From an uncultured bacterium (lineage in GTDB: Bacteria; Krumholzibacteriota; Krumholzibacteriia; Krumholzibacteriales; Krumholzibacteriaceae), in NCBI GenBank assembly GCA_963786935.1, contig CAWBAN010000001.1, forward strand, positions 544,001 to 608,000: a DNA stretch of 64,000 nt, given 5' to 3'. The translations under genes were made by a program, and so were the position numbers. The notes beneath the pieces were generated by a model. That model did not search any database. It was not told the DNA's origin and worked only from the letters and a program-made list of their open reading frames with translations. Each line of letters opens with the position of its first letter. Position 1 is the stretch's first letter. Below, one piece after another: positions 38,008 to 47,152 of this stretch.

Positions 38008-38382
38008 ATGCTCGAGGAGAAGATCGTTCTCAAGGGAATTACGGTGTTCGGATACTACGGCGTTTCACCCGTCGAGCGGGAGATCGGGCAGAAGCTCGAG
38101 CTGGATATCGAATTTCACCACGATTTCACGAAGGCGTGCGTGACGGACGCCCTCGAGGACACCGTGAACTACGAACGCGTGTACGCGAAGGTCATGGAAA
38201 CGGTCGAGGGGAACCGGTTCAACCTGCTCGAGACGCTCGCCGACGCGATCTGCCGGGCGATCCTCGACAACTTCCCCGTCGTGAAGTCGATCAAGACGAC
38301 GATACGGAAACTCACGCTGCCGTTCCCCAATTCGCTCTCGCACGTCGAGGTGGTCGTTGAGCGCTCGGCGCAGGACGCCTGA
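38008..38382 (+). CDS. folB: Dihydroneopterin aldolase
   Basis: FGYYGVSPVEREIGQ, DALEDTVNY, FNLLETLA. Confidence 0.93.
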   Translation: MLEEKIVLKGITVFGYYGVSPVEREIGQKLELDIEFHHDFTKACVTDALEDTVNYERVYAKVMETVEGNRFNLLETLADAICRAILDNFPVVKSIKTTIRKLTLPFPNSLSHVEVVVERSAQDA

Positions 38383-38884
38383 GAGAACGGTCGTTCTCTC
38401 GCTCGGGTCGAACCTCGGACGCCGGGAGGAGCATCTCCTCGGCGGCGCCGCCGCGCTCGCGCGGTCAGGCGCTCTGCGGCTCGACGCATTGAGCTCGCTC
38501 TACGAAACCTCTCCGGTCGGCATCGATACGAGCCATTCGTTCATCAACGCGATCCTCATCGCGACGAGCGCGCTTCCGGCCCGGGAGCTCCTCGCCGCAT
38601 GCCTCGCGGTCGAGCGCGCGGCCGGAAGGCCGGCGGGCGGGGCGCCCCGCGACCGCACCCTCGATATCGACATCGTGTTCTGCGGCGGCGAAACGATCGA
38701 CGAGCCCGGGCTCGCGATTCCGCATCCGCGCTATGCCGAACGGCTCTTTGTCCTCGTTCCGCTCGCCGAGATCAGCCCCTCGTTCCGCGTGCCTCCGTCG
38801 GGAAGAGGGATCGCGGACGTCCTGCGGGCCTGCGTGACCGGCGCATGGGTGCGCAAGGTGTCCGGCCGTACTCTGATCCGCTGA
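38357..38884 (+). CDS. folK: 2-amino-4-hydroxy-6-hydroxymethyldihydropteridine diphosphokinase
   Basis: LSLGSNLG, SSLYETSPVG, FIN, RTLDIDI, IPHPR, FVLVPLAEI. Confidence 0.93.
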   Translation: MSARRRTPERTVVLSLGSNLGRREEHLLGGAAALARSGALRLDALSSLYETSPVGIDTSHSFINAILIATSALPARELLAACLAVERAAGRPAGGAPRDRTLDIDIVFCGGETIDEPGLAIPHPRYAERLFVLVPLAEISPSFRVPPSGRGIADVLRACVTGAWVRKVSGRTLIR

Positions 38885-38915
38885 ACTTCTTGAAAACAAA
38901 ATACTTGGAATGATG

Positions 38916-38944
38916 TTGACAGGCGGTCGGTTTTCCAATAGTGT
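38916..38944 (+). promoter_or_regulatory. sigma70 promoter, probably leaderless
   Basis: TTGACA-17 nt-TAGTGT, then 6 nt to ATG 38951 with no SD. An AT-rich tract lies upstream at 38884-38910. Confidence 0.6.
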
Positions 38945-38950
38945 AATGGC

Positions 38951-39628
38951 ATGCAGGATCTGAAAGGCAGACTCGCGGTGAACGGAATTCGTCTCATCGC
39001 GGTCGAGGGGAACATCGGCGCGGGGAAGACGACGCTCGCGAGGCTCATCGCGGAGGAGGCGTCCGCCGCCCTCTATCTGGAGGAAGTGGACGACAATCCG
39101 TTCATCTCGAAGTTCTACCATGACCGGAGGGCGTACGCGTTTCAGGCGCAGCTCTTCTTCCTCCTGAACCGGTTCCGGCAGCAGAGCGATATTTCCCAGC
39201 GGGATCTCTTCTCCGAGCTCATCGTCGCCGATTACCTGTTCGCCAAGGACAGCATCTTCGCCAACGTCGTTCTCGAGGATGACGAGCTCGTGCTCTACAA
39301 CAGGCTTCTCGAGCAGCTCAAGGGGAAGATCGTGAATCCCGATCTCGTGATTTATCTCCAGGCGTCCCCCGGCGTTCTCTACGACCGCATCCGCCGACGC
39401 GGGCGGAGCTACGAGAAGGGAATCACGGAGGAGTACCTCGGCGGCTTGAACGACGCGTTCAACCATTTCTTCTTCCATTACGAAGATTCGCCGCTCCTCA
39501 TCGTCAATACCGACCGGCTCGATTTCGCGGCGAGCCGCGAGCACCTCGAAGATCTTTTCGCGAGAATCACCGAGCGGTTCACGGGCACGCGGTTCTATGT
39601 TCCCTCGTGGGAACCGGGAGCGCCATGA
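38951..39628 (+). CDS. Deoxynucleoside kinase
   Basis: IAVEGNIGAGKTT, NPFISKFY, FQAQLFFLLNR, PDLVIYLQA, RIRRRGRSYE. Confidence 0.92.
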   Translation: MQDLKGRLAVNGIRLIAVEGNIGAGKTTLARLIAEEASAALYLEEVDDNPFISKFYHDRRAYAFQAQLFFLLNRFRQQSDISQRDLFSELIVADYLFAKDSIFANVVLEDDELVLYNRLLEQLKGKIVNPDLVIYLQASPGVLYDRIRRRGRSYEKGITEEYLGGLNDAFNHFFFHYEDSPLLIVNTDRLDFAASREHLEDLFARITERFTGTRFYVPSWEPGAP

Positions 39629-40464
39629 GAGATAAAGTGACCAAGAACACGATCCTCGAGATGCGGGCGCGCGGGGAGAAGATCGTCGCACTGACGTCGT
39701 ACGACTGCCTGAGCGCGAAAATCGTGGACGAAGCGGGAGTCGATATGATCCTCATCGGCGATTCCCTCGGGATGGTCGTGCTCGGCTACGAGAACACCCT
39801 TCCCGTCACGATGGAGGAGATCATTCACCACACCAAAGCGGTGGCGCGCGCGCGGCCGAAGGCGCTCGTCGTCGCCGACATGCCGTTCATGTCGTATCAG
39901 GCGAGCGTCGAGGACGCCGTCAGGAACGCGGGGAGGCTCGTCAAGGAGGGGGGCGCCGAATCGGTCAAGCTCGAGGGGGGACATCGCTACGTGCCGGTGA
40001 TCGAGGCGATCGTGCACGCGTCGATGCCGGTCGTCGGGCATCTCGGGCTCACGCCGCAGTCGCTGCACGAGTTCGGGGGCTACCGCGTGCAGGGCAAGGA
40101 CAGCCGGTCGGCCGATCTGCTCGTGAGCGACGCCGTCGCCCTCGAGCGGGCCGGCTGCTTCTCCATCGTTCTCGAGGGGATTCCGTGGCAGCTCGCCCAG
40201 CGGATCACCGAGGCGATCTCGATCCCCACGATCGGCATCGGCGCGGGGCCCCGCTGCTCGGGACAGATACTCGTCATCACCGATTTGCTCGGGATACACG
40301 ACCGGCCCTTGCCGCGGTTCGTCAAGAAATACGACGAGCTCGGGACGCGGATGAAGGATGCGGTATCCGCGTACGTGCGGGACGTGAGGGAGGGGCAGTT
40401 CCCCTCCCTGGAGCACAGCTACGACGCGGAAGTCCGGAAAAAGGATCGGACCGCCGGGACATGA
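39625..40464 (+). CDS. panB: 3-methyl-2-oxobutanoate hydroxymethyltransferase
   Basis: LTSYD, IGDSLGMV, ADMPFMSY, VKLEGG, GHLGLTPQS, IGIGAG..CSGQILV. Confidence 0.97.
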   Translation: MRDKVTKNTILEMRARGEKIVALTSYDCLSAKIVDEAGVDMILIGDSLGMVVLGYENTLPVTMEEIIHHTKAVARARPKALVVADMPFMSYQASVEDAVRNAGRLVKEGGAESVKLEGGHRYVPVIEAIVHASMPVVGHLGLTPQSLHEFGGYRVQGKDSRSADLLVSDAVALERAGCFSIVLEGIPWQLAQRITEAISIPTIGIGAGPRCSGQILVITDLLGIHDRPLPRFVKKYDELGTRMKDAVSAYVRDVREGQFPSLEHSYDAEVRKKDRTAGT

Positions 40465-41360
40465 AGACCGTCACGACGCCTCGAGACGCGCGTCGAATCG
40501 TCGATGGAGCCAGAAAAGCCGGTTCGCGGATCGGGCTCGTTCCGACGATGGGCGCGCTGCACGCGGGGCACGCGAGCCTCGTCCGGATGGCCCGCGCGCG
40601 GACCGGATTCGTCGTCGCCTCGATTTTCGTGAATCCGAAGCAGTTCGGGCCCCGGGAGGACCTGGCCCGCTACCCGAGGACCTTCGAGGCGGACCGGCGC
40701 ATGCTCGAGGATCTCGGCTGCGATCTCCTCTTCCATCCGGAGACGTCCGCGCTCTACTCTCCGGCCGACCGCACGCGCGTTTCGGTCGAAGGCATATCGG
40801 ACGTTCTGTGCGGCGCCTCGCGGCAGGGGCATTTTCAGGGCGTGGCGCTCGTCGTGGCCAAGCTCTTCAACATCATCGGGCCCGACGAGGCCTTTTTCGG
40901 CCAAAAGGACGCGCAGCAGGCGCTCATCATCCAGCGGATGGCGGCCGATCTCGATTTTCCCGTGGCGATCAGGCTCGGCCCGACGGTGCGGGAGGCGGAC
41001 GGGCTCGCGATGAGCTCCCGCAACCGCTACCTCGTCCCGGAGGATCGGGCGCGGGCGGCCGCGATATACGCGGGGCTCTCCACGGCGCGCGCCATGATCG
41101 AGGCCGGCGAGCGCGATCCGGCGCCCGCGGCCGCGGCGATGCGCGAGGCGATGCGCGCGGCGGGATTCGAGGTGGAGTATGCGGTCGCCGTCACGGCCGC
41201 CACGCTCGACCGGCTCGACCGGATCGATGGAACGGTTCTCCTCGCGTGCGCCGGGCGTCTCGGCGGAACGCGCCTCATCGATAACGTGGCGCTCCGGGTC
41301 ACCGGCGGGACGGTCGAGGAAATCGTGCTCGAGTTCCCCGACTGGAGCAGATATGCGTGA
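40461..41360 (+). CDS. panC: Pantoate--beta-alanine ligase
   Basis: VPTMGALHAGH, SIFVNPKQF, GHFQGV, FGQKDAQQ, DGLAMSSRN, RLIDN. ATG 40461 overlaps the panB stop. Confidence 0.97.
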   Translation: MKTVTTPRDARRIVDGARKAGSRIGLVPTMGALHAGHASLVRMARARTGFVVASIFVNPKQFGPREDLARYPRTFEADRRMLEDLGCDLLFHPETSALYSPADRTRVSVEGISDVLCGASRQGHFQGVALVVAKLFNIIGPDEAFFGQKDAQQALIIQRMAADLDFPVAIRLGPTVREADGLAMSSRNRYLVPEDRARAAAIYAGLSTARAMIEAGERDPAPAAAAMREAMRAAGFEVEYAVAVTAATLDRLDRIDGTVLLACAGRLGGTRLIDNVALRVTGGTVEEIVLEFPDWSRYA

Positions 41361-41434
41361 CCGTCGGGGCGCGGGAACGAGCGGCTTCAGAGCCGTCGAA
41401 CGGTTCCGGACGGCCGAAAGGTTGATGAACGGGA

Positions 41435-41923
41435 ATGGATAGAATCTACGCACCGTGGCGGAGCGCCTATTTCTCGATGCCGAAGGGAGAAGGGTGCCTC
41501 TTCTGCGAGATACAGAAGGAGCGTGACGACGCGCGCGTGGGGATACTCGAGCGCGGGGCCCATTGGTTCGTCATCCTCAACATGTTTCCGTACACGAACG
41601 GCCACGTCATGATCGTCGCCGCGCGGCATATCGAGCGGTTCGAGGAGCTCTCGGCCGACGAGGGGCGCGAGCTCGTCGGGCTCATCGCCCGGTGCGAGCG
41701 GGCGATTCGCGAGGCGTATCGCCCCGACGGCATGAACGTCGGCGTCAACATCGGGCCGGGCGCCGGCGCGGGGATCGCGGGGCATCTCCACGTGCATCTG
41801 TGCCCGCGCTGGATCGGCGACACGAACTTCATGACGGCGCTCGCGGAGACGCGCGTCGTTTCCGAGGCGCTCGAGGAAAGCTACCGGCGGCTGGCGCCGC
41901 ATTTCGAGGGGAAGCGACCGTGA
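41435..41923 (+). CDS. HIT-family hydrolase (Ap4A phosphorylase-like)
   Basis: APWRSAY, CLFC, LNMFPYTNGH, GVNIG..AGAGIAGHLHVH, PRWIGDTNFM. Confidence 0.9.
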   Translation: MDRIYAPWRSAYFSMPKGEGCLFCEIQKERDDARVGILERGAHWFVILNMFPYTNGHVMIVAARHIERFEELSADEGRELVGLIARCERAIREAYRPDGMNVGVNIGPGAGAGIAGHLHVHLCPRWIGDTNFMTALAETRVVSEALEESYRRLAPHFEGKRP

Positions 41924-42351
41924 CGAGAATGGCCGGAAGGCGGAAACGGCGCCCGCGGGCGATCATCGTCGTCGCGTTGCTCGCCGGGCTCATCGGATTC
42001 TCGCTCGCCGTGCGCTGGCTCGGGCTCGGCGAGCGATTCGCGCGCGGGGAAGAGCCCGCGTTCCAGATAGAGGTTCTCAACGGAACGAGGGAGACGGGGA
42101 TCGCGATGGAAGTGACGAAGGATCTCCGGCTCCGGGGGATCGACGTCCTCATCGTCGACAACGCGGAGCGGCTCGATTTCCGCGAATCGGTCCTCGTCGA
42201 CCGGCGGGGCAATCCGCGCCTCATGCGGAGACTGTCGAAGACGCTCGGCTGCCGCACCGTTCTCGAGCAGATCCGGCCGGCCCCCCTCGTCGACGCCACG
42301 TATATCGTCGGCTCCGACCGGATCGGCGGATCCGCGCGCGGCGCAAATTAG
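41920..42351 (+). CDS. Membrane-anchored LytR C-terminal domain protein
   Basis: N-terminal TM, IEVLNGTRETGIA, DNA, DATYIVGSD. GTG overlaps the HIT stop. Confidence 0.75.
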   Translation: MTRMAGRRKRRPRAIIVVALLAGLIGFSLAVRWLGLGERFARGEEPAFQIEVLNGTRETGIAMEVTKDLRLRGIDVLIVDNAERLDFRESVLVDRRGNPRLMRRLSKTLGCRTVLEQIRPAPLVDATYIVGSDRIGGSARGAN

Positions 42352-42400
42352 GCTATGCGGTTTCCGGCGCGCGGCGTATATTGACCGAGGAGGTTATGCA

Positions 42401-42670
42401 GTGGCGGCGAAAAGACGTATCGGGCTCGTTGCTCTCGTATTTTTTCTCGGCGTGATCGTGGGGAGCGTCGTGGGAGAGGTGATCGGGCTCATTCTGCCCG
42501 AGGGAAACGTGATGAGAGATCTCTTCGTGTCCGGGAAAACGCTCGCCGTGGGTCCGGCCGAGCTCGATCTCCTCGTCCTGACGCTGACGTTCGGATTCTC
42601 CCTGAAGGTGAACCTCATCAGCGTTCTCGGCATCGTTTTCGTCGCGTTGCTGCTCCGGATATACGCGTGA
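42401..42670 (+). CDS. DUF4321-like small membrane protein
   Basis: GAGGAGG RBS. G.IVGSVVGE...LDLLVLTLTFGFSLKVNLISVLG. Confidence 0.75.
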   Translation: MAAKRRIGLVALVFFLGVIVGSVVGEVIGLILPEGNVMRDLFVSGKTLAVGPAELDLLVLTLTFGFSLKVNLISVLGIVFVALLLRIYA

Positions 42671-42687
42671 GAGAAAGGATGGACCAG

Positions 42688-42945
42688 ATGCCAAGCTCTT
42701 CGTTCTTCGCGGCTCTCGGACCCGGATTCTGCTTCTTCGGGCCGATCGGCTGGCAGGAGCTCCTCATCATCCTCTTCATCGTGCTCCTGTTCTTCGGGCC
42801 GAAGCGGCTGCCCGACATGGCCGAGGCGCTCGGGAAATCGGTCCAGAAGTTCAAGAAAGCCTCGCGGGACACGCGGGACGAGATCGAATCCTACGCCGAA
42901 AAGCAGAAGACCGAGATCGGCGAGGGAAAGGACAAGCAAGGCTGA
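42688..42945 (+). CDS. tatA: Twin-arginine translocase TatA/E subunit (start 42679 or 42688)
   Basis: IGWQELLIILFIVLLFFGPKRLPDMAEALGKSVQKFKKA. Confidence 0.92.
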   Translation: MPSSSFFAALGPGFCFFGPIGWQELLIILFIVLLFFGPKRLPDMAEALGKSVQKFKKASRDTRDEIESYAEKQKTEIGEGKDKQG

Positions 42946-44751
42946 TTACTGGAGCGGCTTCTCCCGCAGGTCCTCGACCTTCGCGCTCTCCCGAATTCCC
43001 TGGTACCAGCTCGCCATGAAGCGATTTGCGGTCTCGTTGCGCAGCTCGTTCACGATTCCGGAGCGCGCTTCGACGTATTTCGTCATATCGGGTTCCGAGC
43101 GCTCGACCAGCTTGATCAGGTAGTAGCGGCCCTGCCCCTTGATCGGGGGGCTCACGGCGTTCACGGCGAGGAACGCACAGGCGGTGTGGAACGTCGTGTT
43201 CGTTCCGATCTCCGGCAGCGGATCGCCCGCCTTGAACGGGGGCGTCTCCCTGACCGCGAGGCCCTTCGCCTTCGCGGCGGCCTCGAATGAGCCGCCCGCG
43301 AGCATTTCCTTGCGCAGCGATTCCGCGACGGCGATCGCCGCGTCCGCTTCCCGGTTCGCGCGGATCTCGTCGGCGAGCTGCTTGGCGACCTGTTCGAACG
43401 GCTGGACCTGCTCGGGGATCTCCTCGATGATCTTCACGAAGCGGATCGACGTTTCCCCCTCGATTCCGTAGCTCACGGCGCCGTCGCGGTAGTTGAAGGC
43501 GAAGCTCGAGATGCGCGGCGCGAATCCGATATCCTTGATGAACATTCCCTCGGCGAACGGCTCCGTGTCGATCGTCTTGATCCCGCGGTCCGCCGCCGTC
43601 TTCTCGAATCCCTTGTCGTGAATCTCCTCGCTGATCTGCTTCAGCACCGTCTGGAGGGAGTCGACCGTGTCGGATCCCGGCTCGACCTTCATGAGTATGT
43701 GGCTCGCGTGGACCGATTCGATCCCTTTCTCCGTCTTGCGCTCCGCGACCTTGATGAGCTGGTAACCGGAGGGCGTCCGCACCGGCTCGCTGATCTGTCC
43801 GGGCTTCAGTGCGAACGCGGCGGCGTCGAACGCGGGGTCCATGTCCCCCTTCTTGAGAAATCCGAGATCGCCGCTCTTGTCCGCGGTCATGTTGTCGTCG
43901 GAGTACTCCTTCGCCGCCTCGGCGAAATCGAGCGTCCCGTTCACGATGTCCTCGCGGAGGTCCGCGGCGCGCGCCCGGATGTCCTCCTCGTCGGCGGCGG
44001 TCGGCTTCTTCTCGATCTCCATGACGCGCACGCGGCGCATCGCCGGCGCCTTCAATTCGCCTTTCTTCTGCTCGTACAGGGCGCGGAGCTCGGCGTCCGT
44101 CGGCTCGTACGGCTGCGCGCTTTGGCCCTGCACCGGAATCTGGACGTACTGGGCTCTCATCGTGGAGTTCTGCCGTTTGTAACGATCGAGGACCTCGTTC
44201 TCGGGGACGTGAATCTGCGCCACGAGGTAGGTCTGAAGCTTGAGCTCGGGGATCATGGCGCGGCCCCAGCGCTCGAGCTCCGTCCAGTCGACGTCCGGAT
44301 CGGAGAGGGCCTTGAGGTACGCCTGGTAATCGAACTGCCCGTCCTGAGTCTTGAACACGTTCTGGAGCGACGGATGAGGATTCTGCCGGAGGAACGAAAC
44401 GAGCTCGGCGTCGGATACGGTGATGCCGAGCCTCTCGATCTCGCGCTGCATGATCCGGCCCTGCACGGCGAGCTCCCACGCCTGATCCGCGAGAAGACCG
44501 CGCTCCATCTCGCTCGGGGCGTAGCTTTCCCCTCTCTGGGCCTTAACCTGCGCGTAGAGCTGGTTCAGCATTTCGTTGTACGTCTGCTGCGTAATGGCTT
44601 CCTTGTCGACCGTTCCGACGACGTTGACGTCGAATTTCCGCTGCCGGGGCCCGCGGAGATCCATACCCCAGACGGCGAAGATGGAGATGATGAAGGTGAG
44701 AACCACGATCCAGAGAATCGTCTTCGTCCGTTCGCGCAAGTTCCTGAGCAT
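42946..44751 (-). CDS. ppiD: PpiD-like membrane-anchored parvulin PPIase / SurA-N chaperone
   Basis: MLRNLRERTKTILWIV TM anchor, SurA-N-like region, FAEAAKEYSDD..SGDLGF...FDAAAFAL..GQISEPVRTPSGYQLI, ASHIL. Confidence 0.85.
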   Translation of the reverse strand: MLRNLRERTKTILWIVVLTFIISIFAVWGMDLRGPRQRKFDVNVVGTVDKEAITQQTYNEMLNQLYAQVKAQRGESYAPSEMERGLLADQAWELAVQGRIMQREIERLGITVSDAELVSFLRQNPHPSLQNVFKTQDGQFDYQAYLKALSDPDVDWTELERWGRAMIPELKLQTYLVAQIHVPENEVLDRYKRQNSTMRAQYVQIPVQGQSAQPYEPTDAELRALYEQKKGELKAPAMRRVRVMEIEKKPTAADEEDIRARAADLREDIVNGTLDFAEAAKEYSDDNMTADKSGDLGFLKKGDMDPAFDAAAFALKPGQISEPVRTPSGYQLIKVAERKTEKGIESVHASHILMKVEPGSDTVDSLQTVLKQISEEIHDKGFEKTAADRGIKTIDTEPFAEGMFIKDIGFAPRISSFAFNYRDGAVSYGIEGETSIRFVKIIEEIPEQVQPFEQVAKQLADEIRANREADAAIAVAESLRKEMLAGGSFEAAAKAKGLAVRETPPFKAGDPLPEIGTNTTFHTACAFLAVNAVSPPIKGQGRYYLIKLVERSEPDMTKYVEARSGIVNELRNETANRFMASWYQGIRESAKVEDLREKPLQ

Positions 44752-44904
44752 ACTCGATATTCCTTTGCTGTTTGGTATTCCGGGCTCGTCGGCGAGCTCA
44801 TTCGTCGCAAATCTAGGGTAAATTAGCATATTGCGCCGGTGAATGCAATTCTTTTAAAGCCCGGATTGACAGGCGGGCGAGGCGGGTGATACCGTGCATC
44901 CGCC

Positions 44905-47130
44905 ATGAAATCACGCTATGCAATCCCGGTCGCCATCGCGCTCCTCGCGGTGGCCGCCGCGCGCGCCGAAGTCGGCGTCTGGCCCCTCGACGGACCCCGG
45001 AAGCTCAGCTCGAGCTTCGGCGAGTACCGGGACGGGCATTACCACGCGGGGGTGGATCTGAGGACGTTCGGCCGCGTCGGGCTCCCGTGCCTCGCCGTCG
45101 ATTCGTGCGAGGTCTCGAGGCTCCGCGTTTCGCCGATCGGATACGGCAAGGCGCTCTACGTGACGCTCCGCGACGGCCGCACCGCCGTCTACGCGCATCT
45201 CAACGGCTTCAGCCGGGAGCTCGATTCGCTCTCGTATCACTGGCGGCTCGCCCGGGGAAGGAACTCGTGCGACATCGAGCCGGCGGGGGGGGCGTTCCGC
45301 TTCGCGCCGGGGGAGACGCTCGCGTATTCCGGATCGACCGGCTCTCCCCATCCGCACCTCCACTTCGAGACGCGTGATGCCGCCGGGCGGCCGTTCAATC
45401 CGCTCGCCGGGATGTACGATGTCCCCGATTCCTGTCCGCCGATCATCTCGGCCCTCTCGATCGTGCCGCTCTCATGGGGGAGCCTCGTGGACGGCTCGCC
45501 CGTTCCCCTCACGCGCCGGTTCCGCCTCGTGAACGACTCGCGTTTCGAGCTCCCCGGAACGCTGCGTCTCGACGGGCGGTTCGGCTTCGGCGTGGATATG
45601 TACGACAAGCAGGTGCGCGGCTCGTACCGCATGGCGCCGTACTCGGTCGAGCTGCTCGTGGACGGCGAAACGGCCTATCGCGTTCGGAACAGGACGTTCG
45701 ATTACGCCAGCTTCGGCGATGTGGCGCTCGAGTACGAGGAGCGGGGCGGCACGGCGCCGGGACGCTATTTCGCGTTGCACCGGAACGCCGGCAACGCGAT
45801 GCCCGACCGAGAAGGGACGGGCATCGTCGCGAGCCGTCCGGGGCCGGCGGGAGCGGTCGAGCCTTCCGCGGGGGAGCACCGGGCGGAAATCGTCGTGCGC
45901 GACGCGGCGGGGAACGAGGCCCGGGCTTCGTTCCGGTTCATCGTGGAGCGCCGGCCGGAGGTCGAGATCGCCCTGCGATCAGCGGCCGCGGAGCGGCGGA
46001 TCGAAATCGAGGCCTTGGATCCCGACGGAGGCGCCGTCGCGGTGCGTCTGAGCGTCTCCGCGGACGCGGGGGAGAGCTGGCGATTCCTCGCCGCCGACTC
46101 TTCCGGATCGCTCGCGGCGAGCGCCGTGTCCGAGCCCGACGCGCTCTACCGGTGCGTCGCCGAGAACGTCCGGGGGGATTCGACGGAGCGTCTCTTCGCG
46201 TTTCCCTCGCCGCGCGCCGAGCGCGACAGCGTGTTCTGCGAGGCGGTTCCCGAGCTGCGGGGCGACGGGCTCCTCCTGCGGATCCGGACGGACCGGCCGC
46301 TCGCCGCACCGCCCTGCGTTCGCCGGGCGGGGGACCCGCGCGGGGATTCCCTCGTCGCGCTGCCGGCCGGGGGCCGGGAATACATCGTCTTCGCGCCGCT
46401 CTCGCGGCTCGCGAGCGGCGTCAATATCTTCACCGTGCGCGGCATGGATCACCGGGGCTACCCGCTCGAGCTCGTTCGGGCGCTGCAGATCTTCGTCTTC
46501 GGTTCCGGAGGCTCCGCGTCGTTCGAATCCGGCGACGGCCTCACGGTCCGGCTCAAGGCTCCCTCCGTTCGCGGCGCGGCCCCGCTCCTCGTGCGGGACG
46601 CGCCGGATCCGAAACGGACGGCGCCCGGGCTCGAGCCGGTCGCCGCGCCGTTTTCCCTCGCGTTCCCGGTCGAGGCGTACGCCGGGCCGCTCCGGTGCGG
46701 CTTCGATTCGGGGCGCGCGGCGGGCCTTTATCGCTGGAACGGGAAGGCCGGCTGGCGCTGCGTCGGCGTGCCCGAACGGGAGGGAGGCTTCGTCGACGTC
46801 AGGCGGCCGGGCGTCTACGCGGTCTTCGCCGATTCGACCGCGCCGGTTTTAAAGCCTCTCGCGTTCACCCGCCGGGCCCCGGGAAGCGGCTTCTTCAAAC
46901 GCAAGCTCTACTACGTGCCCGTTCACGACGGCGGATCCGGCGTCGCCGCAGAATCGGCGACGGCCGTCCTGAACGGCGAGCGCGTCGTGTGCGAGTACGA
47001 CGAATACCGCTCGAGGCTCACGATCCCCGTTCCCGCCTCGTATCCCCCGGGACCCGCGCGGCTCCGTGTGGAGATCGCGGATCGCTCGGGAAATAGAAAT
47101 GCGGCGGAGTTCGTTCTTGTGATAGAGTAG
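44905..47130 (+). CDS. Secreted M23-family metallopeptidase with long C-terminal beta domains
   Basis: Signal peptide, SSFGEYRDGHYHAGVDL (HxxxD), GYGKALY, YAHL, SGSTG..PHLHFE (HxH). Confidence 0.85.
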   Translation: MKSRYAIPVAIALLAVAAARAEVGVWPLDGPRKLSSSFGEYRDGHYHAGVDLRTFGRVGLPCLAVDSCEVSRLRVSPIGYGKALYVTLRDGRTAVYAHLNGFSRELDSLSYHWRLARGRNSCDIEPAGGAFRFAPGETLAYSGSTGSPHPHLHFETRDAAGRPFNPLAGMYDVPDSCPPIISALSIVPLSWGSLVDGSPVPLTRRFRLVNDSRFELPGTLRLDGRFGFGVDMYDKQVRGSYRMAPYSVELLVDGETAYRVRNRTFDYASFGDVALEYEERGGTAPGRYFALHRNAGNAMPDREGTGIVASRPGPAGAVEPSAGEHRAEIVVRDAAGNEARASFRFIVERRPEVEIALRSAAAERRIEIEALDPDGGAVAVRLSVSADAGESWRFLAADSSGSLAASAVSEPDALYRCVAENVRGDSTERLFAFPSPRAERDSVFCEAVPELRGDGLLLRIRTDRPLAAPPCVRRAGDPRGDSLVALPAGGREYIVFAPLSRLASGVNIFTVRGMDHRGYPLELVRALQIFVFGSGGSASFESGDGLTVRLKAPSVRGAAPLLVRDAPDPKRTAPGLEPVAAPFSLAFPVEAYAGPLRCGFDSGRAAGLYRWNGKAGWRCVGVPEREGGFVDVRRPGVYAVFADSTAPVLKPLAFTRRAPGSGFFKRKLYYVPVHDGGSGVAAESATAVLNGERVVCEYDEYRSRLTIPVPASYPPGPARLRVEIADRSGNRNAAEFVLVIE

Positions 47131-47152
47131 GGCCCGGGAGGAGGGTGGCGGC

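Noticed and set aside
41435..41923. Functional link between the HIT gene and the PatA/PimA-like operon, as in the mycobacterial HIT-pgsA-patA-pimA cluster
   Set aside because: They are 36 kb apart on opposite strands, and this HIT subfamily is widespread.
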